A stretch of 64,000 nucleotides of DNA from Octopus vulgaris (lineage: Eukaryota). The DNA lies in the NCBI GenBank assembly GCA_951406725.2, contig OX597821.1:111972001-112036000 (forward strand), written 5' to 3'. Shown one piece after another: positions 24,666-37,218 of this stretch (positions are counted from its first letter, which is position 1; each line of letters begins with the position of its first letter). Made by a program: the position numbers and the translations under genes. A model generated the notes under the pieces. That model was not told the DNA's origin and made no database searches. It saw only the letters and a list, made by a program, of their open reading frames with translations.

Positions 24666-25132
24666 TTGGCAATGAATCCATGCTTTTAAAAAAAAAAATC
24701 AGTTAAAAACCAGACTAATAGACTTTTATAGTGAGTTACTAGGAGACCACATGTTTGGAATAAAGAATCGGTAACGAGTTGTTTTCAATTGTTACCATTC
24801 TAATATAATGGCGCCTGAAAAATATATGTAAATTAATGGACTCTTAACAACCTATTAATTCCTCTTCTTTTCTTCTGATTCTTTCATTTCATTTTATTTT
24901 TATTCTTTGGAAATAATGCAGAAGCAATGTTGTAGAATTGATAGATAAGAGCATTGGAATTCTATGGAACTTGGTTTTAAACAACTTCCATACTCTTCAG
25001 TTCTCTGCAAAAGAACAGAGTTTGGACCAGAGACTTTCATGCTTATCAGAATGGCTTTTCTCATCCATTTTACTCTTATGGAAACTCACGAAAATTCTTC
25101 AATATATCAGGATGCTACTACTATCTTTTTAT

Positions 25133-25492
25133 GTTTTACTCGTTGGTTGAGTCATTAAACTGTGGCCATGCTGGAGCACTGACTCGAAGAATTTTTTTTT
25201 GTCAAATGAATCAACCCAAGTACTTATTCTATCGGTCACTTTTGCCAAACTGCTAAGTTACAAGGACATAAGCACCCCAACACCAGTGTTGGCAAATGGT
25301 AGTGGGGGACACACAGACACACATATATATGATGGGCTTCTTTCAGTTTCTGTCTAGCAAATCCACTCACAAAATTTTGGTGGGCCTAAGGGTACAATAG
25401 AAGACATTTGCCCAAGGTGCCACTTAGCGAGACTGAACCCAGAACCATGTGGTTGGGAAGAAATCTTCTTACCACACAGCCATGTCTGCACC
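25133..25492 (-). mobile_element. SINE family A, full length
   Basis: Both modules present in reverse orientation. Confidence 0.85.
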
Positions 25493-26485
25493 TATTCATT
25501 TTCTATATCTTGTTTCAGTCATTTGACTGTGGCCATACTGGGGTACTGTGTAAAAAGATTTGGTGAAACAAATCAACCCCAGGACTTATTTTTTCAAAGT
25601 CTGGTATTTATTTTATCAGTCGCTTTTTACCAAACTTCTTTGTTATGGGGATATAAACAAACCAACATCAAAATGTCCTTAAAAGTTTCATCTGTCCTAA
25701 ATCCATTAGACACCACTAAAAATGGTTAAAGGAATCTAATTTCAATCAAAATCACATTTACACTAAATTCCCCTACAATTCCCTGTTAAGGGGTCATGTT
25801 TGCCCATTGGGTCTCATCATTACATCTACAGATTCCAGGATTTCTTTACTTAAGGGAGTACACAGTGAGTGTGTATAATAAAATTATGAATTCAGAATTA
25901 AATACACAAAACATGACTCACATATGCAGTTGTTTTATTTATTGCTATATTCCATGGAATCCCAGTTGGAAACGGTACATTAGATTTTTGATAGATTAAG
26001 CAGTCTGGCACTGATTGCCACTAAGAAGATATGTGTAGAGTAATAATCACATTAGAGTGATTCATGTGGGAGTTTGAAGTGTTTTCAGGACTTAGCTGAA
26101 ATCGTTTTATAATTGTTGTTGTTGTTATTATTAAACTGCTCTGATCAAGTATGATTCCGTTGGCCCTACAGTGGCAAAGGAAAGAAACTGACACCCCCAC
26201 CCATTATGCTGAATATGTTTTTGTGGATACTCAACAAATTTGTTATGATTAGCTAAAATGTGTGGACTATGTCATATAAGATATGGAGAATTCTTGAAAA
26301 TACCCACCCCACTATTTAAATTGAGTTAACTTGGTTCCTTTCCTGTGTTTCAAATACACATGAAGAAAACCAAGTATATTCAGTTCCTGTAGAGTAAGGT
26401 TGTGAGTTCAATTCCCAGTGATGCGTTGTGTCCTTGAGCAAGACACTTTATTTCATGTTGCTCCAGTCACATACAAACACACACA

Positions 26486-26649
26486 CACTACACACATTTT
26501 TTCTCTCCTTTTTTCTGTGTCCCTTTCTGTAGAAGAGCGTAGGCTCGAAACATAAAAGACTTTTTCTATTCCTGAGCGTTATACTAATACATCTGTTTGT
26601 TTTGTACACCACCTGTCTTCGTCTTTTGTTTTGCTCGTAAACTCTCCCA
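26486..26649 (+). mobile_element. Penelope-like repeat with CUGUAGA hammerhead-like motif (26519-26560)
   Basis: GTCCCTTT CTGTAGA A GAGC GTAG GCTC GAAACATA AAAGAC; homologous to 14468 and 63373. Confidence 0.7.
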
Positions 26650-26667
26650 ATATATATATACATATAT

Positions 26668-26826
26668 ACGACAGGCTTCTTTCAGTTTCTGTCAACCAAA
26701 TCCACTCACAAGGGTTTGGTCAGCCCGAGGCTATAGTAGAAGACACTTGCCCAAGGTACCATACAGTGGTACTGAACACGGAACCATGTGGTTGGGAAGC
26801 AAGGTACTTACCACACAGCCATTCCT
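26668..26826 (-). mobile_element. SINE family A 5' module
   Basis: Matches 560-722. Confidence 0.9.
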
Positions 26827-27292
26827 ATCAAACTAACCCACCTAATACCATTTGTCCTCGTTTCTACAAATTTCCAATTTTAAATTGATTTAAGTAAAAA
26901 CTTTGCATTAAAACTTCATGTTGATTTGTTCTGTTCATCATTGTTTTATTTTTAGATGGCACTCTGTTGGGTCCCAGTTGATCCAATCAATGGAACGGCC
27001 TGCTCATGAAGTTAACATGCAAGTGGTTGAGCACTGCAGACAGACATGCAAATCTGTCAACTTTTTGCTGCTAGTATGGATTAGATGGAGTTTATTGAGG
27101 CAGATTTACCATGGCAGGATGCTCCTCCTGTCACCAACCTTCAGCTGTTTCTGAGCAAATTTCCACATGTCCAGACATGTTTTTCTCAGAAGACTGAGAA
27201 AAAAACAACATTGCTTGTATGAGACTGATGACCATCTAAAACCATCACGTAATGTCAAGACAAGGACACACATACACACACGCATACATATG

Positions 27293-27597
27293 TTGAGGCA
27301 CATGGCCTAGTGGTTAGAGCAGCGGACTCACGGTCGAGGGATCGTGGGTTCCAATCTCAGACCGGGCGATGTGTGTGTGTTTATGAGCGAAACACCTAAG
27401 CTCCACGCGACTCCGGCAGAATGTAATGGCGAAACTTCTGCTGACTCTTTCGCCACAACTTTCTCTCACTCTTTCCTACTGCATCTGGCAGCCCACCTGT
27501 GACGGACCGGCATCCATCCAGGTGGGGAACCTATACGCCAAAGAAACCGGGAAACTGGCCCTTATGAGCCAGGTATAGCTCGAGAAGGAACAACACA
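27293..27597 (+). mobile_element. SINE with family C head and a different 3' half, 10-bp TSD
   Basis: Head matches 6139-6325. It then diverges to CTGTGACGGACCGGCATCCATCCAGGTGGGG. TSD CATACATATG at 27283-27292 and 27598-27607. Confidence 0.85.
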
Positions 27598-28600
27598 CAT
27601 ACATATGCACATGGTGACCATCTTTTAGTTTTGGTCTACCAGATCTACTCAGAAGGCTTTGATCAACCAGGGGCTATAACAGAAGATTCTTGCCCAAGGT
27701 GCTGTGTAGTGGGACTGAACCCTAACCACAAAGTTGGGAAACAAACTTCTCAACCACACAACCATGAAAGCTGTAGTGTTATGAATTTGTTAATTGAAGT
27801 ATTTTTTAACGAAACTGAAAATAACATAATCTAAAACAAGCATCAGCAGCAGCGGCAGGAGGAGCGGCAGCAGCAGGAGGAGCGGCAGCAGCAGGTTTGA
27901 GATAAAACTAGTTTTCTATTGCCCCAGGTCACACTGAAAATTTACTTATATAGAAAACTCGAAGTAAGTACTAAATGCTCCGAATGTTCAGGAAAAGGAA
28001 ACCAAAGAGGAGAGAGTGCGGGGAGGAGGAGGAAGAGGATGGGGGCAGTAATAGAACAAAAAAAAAAGAAGAGAAACTGCATCTTCGCTTCTCTCCTCAT
28101 CCTTTCCCTCACCACCTGAAAAACTAAAACAGAATTTATGCAGTTTCAAGCTCACTAATCTATGTAAAGTTGTCAGTAGGGATCTGTTGGTATTATCTGA
28201 GGATTAGTGCAGCCATGCCAACCAGTTTTACAACAACTGTTGATACTACCACTATTAGTACTCCTACTCCTACCACCACCACCACCACCACCACCAGCAC
28301 CTCCTCCACTACCGCCGCCGCCACAACTAAATGATAAACTTCCAAACCTTCCTCACATACACAATCATCATTTTGTTGCTAAAACTACTACTGCTGTTGC
28401 TACAAGCAAATAAATTTGACGAACAAGGTTAATAACCTAATTTGGTAATAAAGGTCAAATATAAACATGTACAACACACACATACACACACAAGTATATA
28501 TACACTCATATATACACATAACAACTTGAAATATTTGTGTTTTGCTTATCGATATCATATCTATTTCTGGTGCGCATATATATCATATATATATCATTTA

Positions 28601-28767
28601 GGCGCAGGCATGGCTGTGTGGTAAGCAGCTTGTTGCTTATGAACCACATGGTTCCGGGTTCAGTCCCACTGCATGGCACCTTGGGCAAGTGTCTTCTGCT
28701 ATAGTCTCGGGCCAACCAAAGCCTTGTGAGTGGATTTGGTAGAAGTAGAAACTGAAAGAAGCCTGTC

Positions 28768-28802
<35 letters not shown>

Positions 28803-29001
28803 TGGTTGTCAGTGTTTGTCCAACAACCGTCGCTTGACAACCGATGCTGGTGCCATTACATCCCCATAACTTAGTGGTTCAGCAAAGAGACCAATAGAAT
28901 AAGTACTAGGCTTACAAAAGAATAAGTCCTGGGGTCGATTTGTTTGACTAAAGGCAGTGCTCCAGCGTTGCCACAGTCAAATGACTCAAACAAATAAAAG
29001 A
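28601..29001 (+). mobile_element. SINE family A, full-length reference copy
   Basis: GGCGCAGGCATGGCTGTGTGGTAAG ... (TA)n linker ... CAGTCAAATGACTCAAACAAATAAAAGA. Confidence 0.92.
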
Positions 29002-29128
29002 ATATATATAGACCCTAATAATCAAAATAAACTACATAGTAGAAGACAGTTGCCCAAGATGCCATGCAGTGAGACTGAACCCAGAATCATGTGGTTGGTA
29101 AGCAAGCTACTTACCACATAGCCATTCC

Positions 29129-29160
<32 letters not shown>

Positions 29161-29284
29161 GAAGGAAGGCCGAAATCATGAGGTTTGGCAGTCCCATCAT
29201 CGATAATGGATGATTATCTGTCACTGGTGGTATAAACATAAGTGCTTATATGCACCATGTGTCTGTGAGTGTGAGAAGCCTCCA

Positions 29285-29686
29285 ATACCCCTAATAAAGT
29301 GATTGGCTTTAGGAAGGGCATCCGACTGTAGAAACCCTGCCAAAACAGACAATTGGAGTCTGGTGCAGCTCTCTGGCTTGCCAGTTCTTATCAAACTGTC
29401 CAACCCATGCCAGCATGGAAGATGGACGTTAAATGATGATGATGATGATGATAATGATGAAGATATTGAGGATGACGATGATAATGAAGATGAGGATGAC
29501 GACGACAGTGATGGTGATGATGGTGATGATGATGAAGATGAGGAGGAGGAGAATGACGATGATGACCATCACTACTACTACTACCACTACTACTACTACC
29601 GCTACTACTGCTGCTACTACTACTACTATGCAAGCTTGGAAAAGATGTTCAAACGATGATAATGATGATGATGATGATGATGATGA
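29285..29686 (+). mobile_element. Family D element with expanded (GAT)n/(TAC)n tail
   Basis: TTAGGAAGGGCATCCGACTGTAGAAACC...TGGACGTTAAAT followed by trinucleotide repeats. Confidence 0.8.
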
Positions 29687-30073
29687 ATAAAAAAAAAATG
29701 AACTAACGAACATAGATACACATAAAAACACTCGTAAACAGAATATAAATATATTATAAATAAATTTCGTATATATTTAAAGCCTCAATGCATCCTGTTA
29801 GGTCAGTCCATTCTGCAAATGAAGTCAATTCGTTACATAATACTTGTATAACGAGTACAACTAATAATGAAGGATAAATTAATTATTAGCACTGAAATAA
29901 TATTTAATGAGTACAACTGGGCAGGGAGAATGGCAATACCACTGATGTACATGGGTATATATATATACTCAGGGTATTTAGATGAAGAACACACCCCCTA
30001 AATGTATTTTGCAGGAATATTGCATGTTGATGGTTATAATCAGTGTCACGTCATTTATTTGTGTGTGTGTAAG

Positions 30074-30093
30074 GGGGAGAGAGGGAGAGAGAG

Positions 30094-30146
<53 letters not shown>

Positions 30147-30600
30147 CAGGCTTACAGAGAGAGACAGAGAAAGAGAGAGAAACAGCGACAGAGAATGGGA
30201 GAAAGAGAGAGAGAGGCAGAGAAAGAGAGAGAAACAGAGAGACAGAGAAAGAGAGAGATATGGAGGGAGACAGAGGAAGAGAGAAACAGAGAGAGGGAGA
30301 GAGAGGGGGAGAAAGAGAGAGAGACAGACCGACAGAGAAAGAGAGAGACAGAAAAAGAGAGAGAAACAGAGACAGATAATGAGAGAAAGAGAGAGACAGA
30401 CAGGCAGAGAAAGAGAGAGAAACAAAGAGCCAGAGAAAGAGAGATAGGGAGGGAGACAGAGGAAGAGAGAGAAAGACAAGAAAAAGAGAGAGAGAGAGTG
30501 AAACAGAGAAAGAGAGAGAGAGAAACAGAGAAAGAGAGAGAAAAAGAGAGAGAGAGAGAAAAGGAGTGGGGTGAGCAGACAGCCAAAGAGAGATAGAGAA
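30074..30600. repeat. (GA)/(GACA)-rich polypurine tract
   Basis: About 525 bp, almost entirely purine on the plus strand. Source of the E/R-rich ORF. Confidence 0.95.
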
Positions 30601-30876
30601 GACACATGGCCAAGCAGTGAAGGTGTTGCACTTAGGACCTGCAAGATAGTGGGTTCAATTCCCAGACAGGCAGTGTGTTGTGTTCTTCAGCAAAAAACTT
30701 CATTTCATGCTTCAGTTTACTCAGCTGTAAATGGATAACCCTGTCACTGGCTGGCATTCTGTTCAGAAGATGTGTGGGCCTGCATGCCTCACCAGTGTGG
30801 CGGTATCATTTGAAAGCAACAATAATGCAAGGAAGTGCAACAACAACAGCACACACATATTTGTACCTCTTTATCA

Positions 30877-31073
30877 TTTTACTTGTTTCACTCATTGGAC
30901 TGTGGCCATGCTGGGGCACCGCCTCAAAGGATTTTTAGTCAAATGAATTGACCCCAGGACCTATTTGATTGATCCCTTTTGCTGAACTGCTAAGTTATAG
31001 GAATATAAACAAAACAGCAACAATTACCAAATGGCAGTGGAAGACAAACACACACCCAAAAAGACATAGGCAT

Positions 31074-31112
<39 letters not shown>

Positions 31113-31282
31113 AACACACGTGCACACACACACAAACCTGACGAGCTTCTTTCAGTTTCCGTCTCCCAAATCCATTCACAAAGATTCGGTGAGACTGAGG
31201 CTATAAGTAGAAGACAACTTACTCAAGGTGCCATGCAGTGGGACTGAACCCAGAGACATGTGGCTGGGAAGTAAACTTCTTA
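30877..31282 (-). mobile_element. SINE family A
   Basis: 3' module, (CA)n linker and 5' module, cut by the following B copy. Confidence 0.8.
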
Positions 31283-31519
31283 CCTATTTCTTTACTACCC
31301 ACAAGGGGCTAAACATAGAGGGGGACAAACAAGGACAGACATAGGTATTAAGTCGATCACATCGACCCCCGTACGTAACTGGTACTTTAATTCATCGACC
31401 CTGAAAGGATGAAAGGCAAAGTCGACCTCGGCGAAATTTGAACTCAGAACGTAACGGCAGACGAAATACCACTAAGCATTTCGCCCGGCGCGCTAACGTT
31501 TCTGCCAGCTCGCCGCCTT
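31283..31519 (-). mobile_element. SINE family B, full length, young (CpGs retained)
   Basis: Minus strand AAGGCGGCGAGCTGGCAGAAACGTTAGC ... TTGTGGGTAGTAAAGAAATAGG; near-identical to 42982-43199. Confidence 0.92.
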
Positions 31520-32386
31520 GAAGTGGCATGCACAGCTACCATACACACATATACACACGACAGGCTTCTTTCAGTTTCTTATTTCTTTACTGCCTAGAAG
31601 GGGCTACATACAGAAGGGACAAACAAGGATAGTCAAATGGATGAAGTCGATTATATCGACCCCAGTGTTTTAACTGGTACTTATTTAATCGACCCCTAAA
31701 GGATGAAAGGCAAAGTTGACTCAGCGGAATTAAAATCTTTAGTCTTCTAGATGGTCACAGTTGGAATGTCGGTTTATGTTGACTCGGTCAGAGTTGACCT
31801 GTGACTAAACCCCACCACCTTAGATAATGCATGCTTGCAGATGCAAATGTGTGTGTGTGGACATACCACATGTGATAACAACTCTTAGCCTTTCTCTCTC
31901 CCATTCTGAATGCACAAATCCACATGTATATAGTCATGTGTGTGTGTGTATGTATATAAGCATATATGTGTGTGTCTCTTTGTATCTATATGTATTAAAC
32001 AACGTGTGTGTATACTTATGTATATGTATATATAAGTATATGCATATACACATACACAAACGTGTTTATATATGTATATACAGACACATACATATGCATG
32101 CATACATATATAAATATATACATATATGCATACATACACAAATGTGTGTGTATACTTATGTATATGTATATATAGACACACACACATGAATGCATACATA
32201 CATATATAAATATATGCATACATACACAAATGTGTGTATGTATGTATGCATTTACATACATAAATTTATGTGTTTGTGTGTGTATATATTTATATATTTA
32301 TATACACACACTCACAGCTACTATATGTATATATAATCAAGTACTGTATTGTTTTTTTGTGTTTTTTTTTTTTTTTTTACTTTCAG

Positions 32387-32410
32387 ACACATCCATTAGC
32401 AAGCAGCAAG
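32387..32410 (+). other. Candidate 24-nt microexon
   Basis: A ~30-nt T-rich tract and TTTCAG precede ACACATCCATTAGCAAGCAGCAAG|GTTAGG. Length is a multiple of 3 and it is open in two frames (THPLASSK / xTSISKQQ). Confidence 0.3.
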
Positions 32411-32834
32411 GTTAGGTGGTTGGTGCATAGTAAGGGAGGAGGAGGAGGGGGGAAGAGGAGGAGGAAGAGGAAGAGGAGGGCGGTGTGTTTAGGCGAGGTC
32501 GCATCACACTGGGGTCTGTTGCTAGGTTTGGAATAGTCTGCAGGAGGAAAAAGAGAGGAAGAGGGTGTCAGTGGTGATTGAAAGGAGGGGGGTGCGGGGG
32601 CAGGGAGAGCAGAGTGGTTAAAAAGAGTGAGAGAGGGAGAGACAAGGAGAGAGAGAGAGAGAGAGATGGAAGCAGGTGGTTTTAGCAACTAAAAATGGAA
32701 GACAACTTCCAGTGTTAGTAGATAAGAGATTATACACACATACCCACAATTTATGAGTAATGTGTGTGTATATATACACACACACATGCATATTTACACA
32801 CATTATATATATTGTGTTGGTACAGAGAATATAC

Positions 32835-32898
<64 letters not shown>

Positions 32899-33847
32899 AA
32901 GAGTGTAAGGTGTGTACATGTATGTGTGTATACGTGTATAGACACAGGAGAACCATACACATGCATAATGCATATACCTGTGTGTGTATACGTATATATA
33001 TATATATATGTTTGTATATACATATATATATATATATATACATATATGTATGTGTATGTGTGCATGCATATATAAGTGTATATATGTGCATGTATGTGTA
33101 AGTATATATATATATATATACACACACACACATATACATATATACACCAATACACAGATACATCCAGAGAGAGAGAGAGAGAGAGAGAGGGAAGAGGGAG
33201 GGAGAAAGACAGAGGAGCAACATGATGACATCCTCACTATCAACAGACAAGCAGAACTACAACCAACACAACTGCCACCACCACCACCACTACCACCACC
33301 TCAACAACAACAACAACAACAACAACAACTACCAGCAACTCTGTCCGAGACCTAATTCCTAACAACAGCAAACTGGAAACCTTTCACAATATGATCGACA
33401 CCAAGATGCCCCATGGTCGTAATGATACTTCGATACTTCATTGTTTAATCAACTCCCTCTGTGAATACATAGGTCCCTTGTATTGATGCGGTAGTAGTGG
33501 TGGGGGAGATGAGGTGAGGGTTCTAGCATTTAAAGGACCCTGAGCCAAATGTTTCAGTCAACACAGAAAACTATTTTTACACAATTATCGTCGCCATTGC
33601 CGCCACCGCCAACATCATCATCATTTAATGTCCATCTTCAATGCTGACATGGATTGGACACTATGATAAAGAATTGGCAAGACAGAGAGCTACACTAGTT
33701 CCAGTTGTCTGTTTTGGCACTAAGTATTTCACCTGGCATGCTAACATTTCTGCCAGCTTGCCACTTTTTTTGGTAGACAGATATTACCAAGCTTGTAGTG
33801 TCTATACAGGACTTGATATTAAATTCTTTAAAACTAATAGTATACAA

Positions 33848-34011
33848 AGGCACAGGTGTGGTTGGGTGGTGAGAAGTTTGCTTCTGAACCATGTGGTTCT
33901 GGGTTCAGTCCTGCTGCATGGCACCATGGGCAAGTGTCTTCTACTACAATCTCAGCTCAACCAAAGGCTTGTGAGTACATCTGGTAGTCAGAAACTGAAA
34001 GAAGCCTGTCA
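33848..34011 (+). mobile_element. SINE family A 5' module
   Basis: Matches 28601-28770. Confidence 0.85.
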
Positions 34012-34252
34012 TATATAATAGCAGTTCACAAATCCTCATTAAGGGATTTGTGAACAGATGCATTACTCAGCCCACTTTCTGAACTAGGGATTTGCCTGGG
34101 CTTATACGTAGGGAGGTAATTTGGATAAAACCCCATACCCTCCAGAACAGAGTGACCTTATGAGCCTTGAACTTCATACCTTCCTACACGTTTCTCTACA
34201 TCAAATTTTATATCTAAGTCTCCACATAAAAGTTTCCTGCATATATATATCC

Positions 34253-34343
34253 TGTCTCCAATGACAAAATACCAAGATTATGGAAATGGGGATCAAAACA
34301 TTGATTCATTACTTGGGATATCCCTGAAACAGCTGTTAAGACA
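34253..34343 (+). ncRNA. Decayed type I hammerhead with long stem II (CCGAUGA family)
   Basis: TGTCT CCAATGA ...CCAAG..AATG..GATCAA aaca TTGATT CATT..CTTGG..TATCCCT GAAAC AGCT GTT A AGACA. Same flanks and ACAGCTGT palindrome as 50958-51005. Confidence 0.6.
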
Positions 34344-34578
34344 TTACTATTTACTTTTGCTGGCTTCGATTCACCATTAAAATAATTTAAATGCTCTGAT
34401 AAACTTGTCCTGCTTTGATCTTGTTTTCCTCTTCCTTTAATTTATGCCTGCTGACTTGGAAGTAGACAATGGATCCCCAACTCCAGCACCTGTTGTGAAC
34501 TTGGATCCAAAGTAGCTTATCACTTGAAGCATTCCCAGTCTAGACCACCAGTGGCCTTTTTGCTTATTATTTGTTCAG

Positions 34579-34866
34579 GTCACCAGTGGCGTTCTCTGAA
34601 TGACCTTTTAGTGTACACAATCTGTGACAGACCATGCCTTTCTTTAGCTGGGCTCAAATCTCATTTGCAGACCCATGAAAAACGAACCTCTACCAATTAC
34701 TCTGCCTATATATATATATATATCTGTGCACAGCTTTCGATGCTGTGTATGCCATAAGGTCTGCAAATCTAACGGAGGCCTCGAAAGACATTGTAAGATC
34801 CACAAAGATCAGAACTTAAGACTGCAGCTCTTGGTGGTCCAGAATCAAAATCTCTTAAATAAATAA
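34579..34866 (+). pseudogene. Two C2H2-type zinc fingers, frameshifted; probably an RTE LINE ORF C-terminus
   Basis: YTICDRPCLSLAGLKSHLQTH (34614-34676; first Cys to Tyr) and FRCCVCHKVCKSNGGLERHCKIH (34735-34803) lie in different frames, separated by a (TA)n run. Confidence 0.7.
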
Positions 34867-36222
34867 TTGATTCCTAATTTGAAAAACCAAGTAAAGGTTA
34901 GTGACAGAAAGAGCATCCCGGAGTGCAACAATGCCTAAAACACATCAGCATGGAAAAAACCCCCCAAAAGTGGGAAAACAACTGAACATTTGAACAGAAT
35001 GAAACAGTGGGCATAGAATAGGGTGGGGTGGGGACCAAACAAAGTTGCCATATACAATATACATATTTAGCTAAAAAGACAAAAAAAAAAACAAAACAAA
35101 TAGTTTATAAATATGACCCTGAAAGATAATCTATCTTATAACAGATTAATTATACAGTTGTTAAAGGAGAACAAGTCGGATCTGTATATTTTAGACAGGG
35201 GTACATTGTTTAGACGAACAGACAACCAGCTCAAATTCATTGCTTCTGTCTTAGGTTGGGTAGTATGCTTCATATCTACCTGTTTATGGGTATGTAATAG
35301 GACTTAAGGGTGTACCGGGGTGGACGAAAGTATTTTCTGATGAAATTTATTATATACATGTCTCAATACAATTCTGCTATTGTTTTTTTTTTACATGTGT
35401 TAATTACCAGTTTGTGGCCATACTGGAGCAGTGCATTGAATAGTTTAGTTAGAGTTGAAGAATTTGACCAGAGTATTTTTAAACCTGGTACTTATTACAG
35501 AAGCCTCTTTTACAGAACTGTTAAGCTGTGGGATGTAAACAAACCAACATTAGCTGGAGCACAAACACAAAGAGTATTCCCAATAAGTTTATACACACAC
35601 ACACACATATATATATATATGTATGTATGTATGTATGTGTTTCTTTACTGCCGACAGGAAGCTGAACACAGAAGGGACAAACAAGGACAAAGGGATTTAG
35701 TCAATAATATTGACTCCAGTGCATAACTGGTACTTATTTAATCAACCCCTGAAAGGATGAAAGGTAAAGTCAACCTCGACAGAATTTGAACTCAGAATGT
35801 AATGGTAGACGAAATACTGCTAAGCATTTCGCAATGGTGGGGTGGGGGAAAACACAGACACACACACACACACACATATATATACCTCAGTTCATCCAAT
35901 TGTATTTATTTAACACTACTTTTCATAAAAAAAGCCATTATTGTTTTGATATTCAATGTGCCTTTTTGCTTTTTTTTCTTCTTACTTTCCCCATATTTTT
36001 TCCGTGTGTAGTTTCTACTTTCTTTTTGAAACATATTTCTATTGTATATACATACATACATACATACATACATATGATGGGCTTCTTTCAGTTTCCGTCA
36101 ATCAAATCAATTCACAAAGCTACAGTAGAAGACACTTGCCCAAGGTACCATGCAGTGGGCCTAAACCCAGAACCATGTGGTTGAGAAGCAAACTTTTTAA
36201 TACACAGTTATACACACACATA

Positions 36223-36410
36223 TCATCATCATCATCATCATTGTTTAACGTCCGTTCTCCATGCTAGCATGGGTTGGACGGTTCGACCGGGGTTCTGGGA
36301 AGCCAGAAGGCTGCACCAGGCTCCAGTCTAATCTGGCAATGTTTCTACAGCTGGATGCCCTTCCTAACGCCAACCACTCCGTGAGTGTAGTGGGTGCTTT
36401 TTACGTGCCA
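36223..36410 (-). mobile_element. Family D element, young copy
   Basis: Near-identical to 44621-44800; (CAT)n on the left is the (ATG)n tail. Confidence 0.9.
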
Positions 36411-36420
36411 TATATATCAT

Positions 36421-36630
36421 ATATATTAGAAGAAATAAGGTACTCAGAAATCTGGATGGTTTTGTGCTGGCATCCACTCTAGTAGACTCGAGTGGATGCA
36501 GGCGTTAATATATGATTTATAAAAACATGTGACATATTAATAAATATCTGTAAATGTACAAGCATCCAGATTTCTGAGTACCTTATTTTCTCTAATATAT
36601 AATACTTGTACATCACCTCCAAACATTCTA
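36421..36630. mobile_element. Inverted-repeat element in (TA)n with Penelope-like end architecture
   Basis: 38-bp arms ATATATTAGAAGAAATAAGGTACTCAGAAATCTGGATG / CATCCAGATTTCTGAGTACCTTATTTTCTCTAATATAT, a nested GCATCCACTC/GAGTGGATGC hairpin, and a ~30-nt extension beyond the right arm. Confidence 0.65.
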
Positions 36631-36974
36631 ATATATATATACACATACATGCACATAAATATTACACTTATAGTCTTCAGAAGTTTCAGTATAGCGTAGG
36701 GTGTATATAATAGTCGTGGAAAGGATATATATATATATATATATATGTATTATCTTCCAATTACTTGTGTAATAAATAATGTTGACCGTTTGAACTTTTG
36801 TGATTAAAGGTTTCTGAAAGTTGGTGAGAGTAAGTAAGGACAGACCTCATGCCATCCATTTTTAACCCCTTCTAAACGAATCAGCAAAGATAAATGAAAC
36901 CACTATTACTGACCTGAGATTGAACCTGGTTCAAAGATTCACGTTATTAATGGAAGGTGTGTGGCTTAGTGGTT

Positions 36975-37058
36975 GAAACTTGGACGTTATCAAAGAAGCT
37001 TGAGAGGCGGTTGGATGGAACCTACACTTGCCTCCTTATGAGAGCTCAAAATCTCTCA
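36975..37058 (+). pseudogene. RTE-clade LINE internal fragment (post-RT region)
   Basis: Open frame ETWTLSKKLERRLDGTYTCLLMRAQNLS matches the (YGS)ETWTL.....RL.....R.LR motif of RTE LINEs. Confidence 0.75.
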
Positions 37059-37059
37059 A

Positions 37060-37218
37060 CCATATGAGGCCTCTCACACTTATCCTACAATGCCATTTTA
37101 AAAATAAACAATCACTTCATTGAAATCTCAGAGCTATGCGATAATGCAGAATTAATTCAAAACAATGTGGATAAAAAAGGATTATATTTGACCTCTAATC
37201 TGAAGGCTGAAGGGTTAA
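37060..37218 (-). mobile_element. piggyBac-type MITE family 2, partial
   Basis: Ends GCTGAAGGG|TTAA; reverse-complement homology to 40995-41376. Confidence 0.65.

Noticed and set aside
29982-30596. 204-aa E/R-rich coiled-coil-like ORF
   Set aside because: Translation of a GA-rich polypurine tract.
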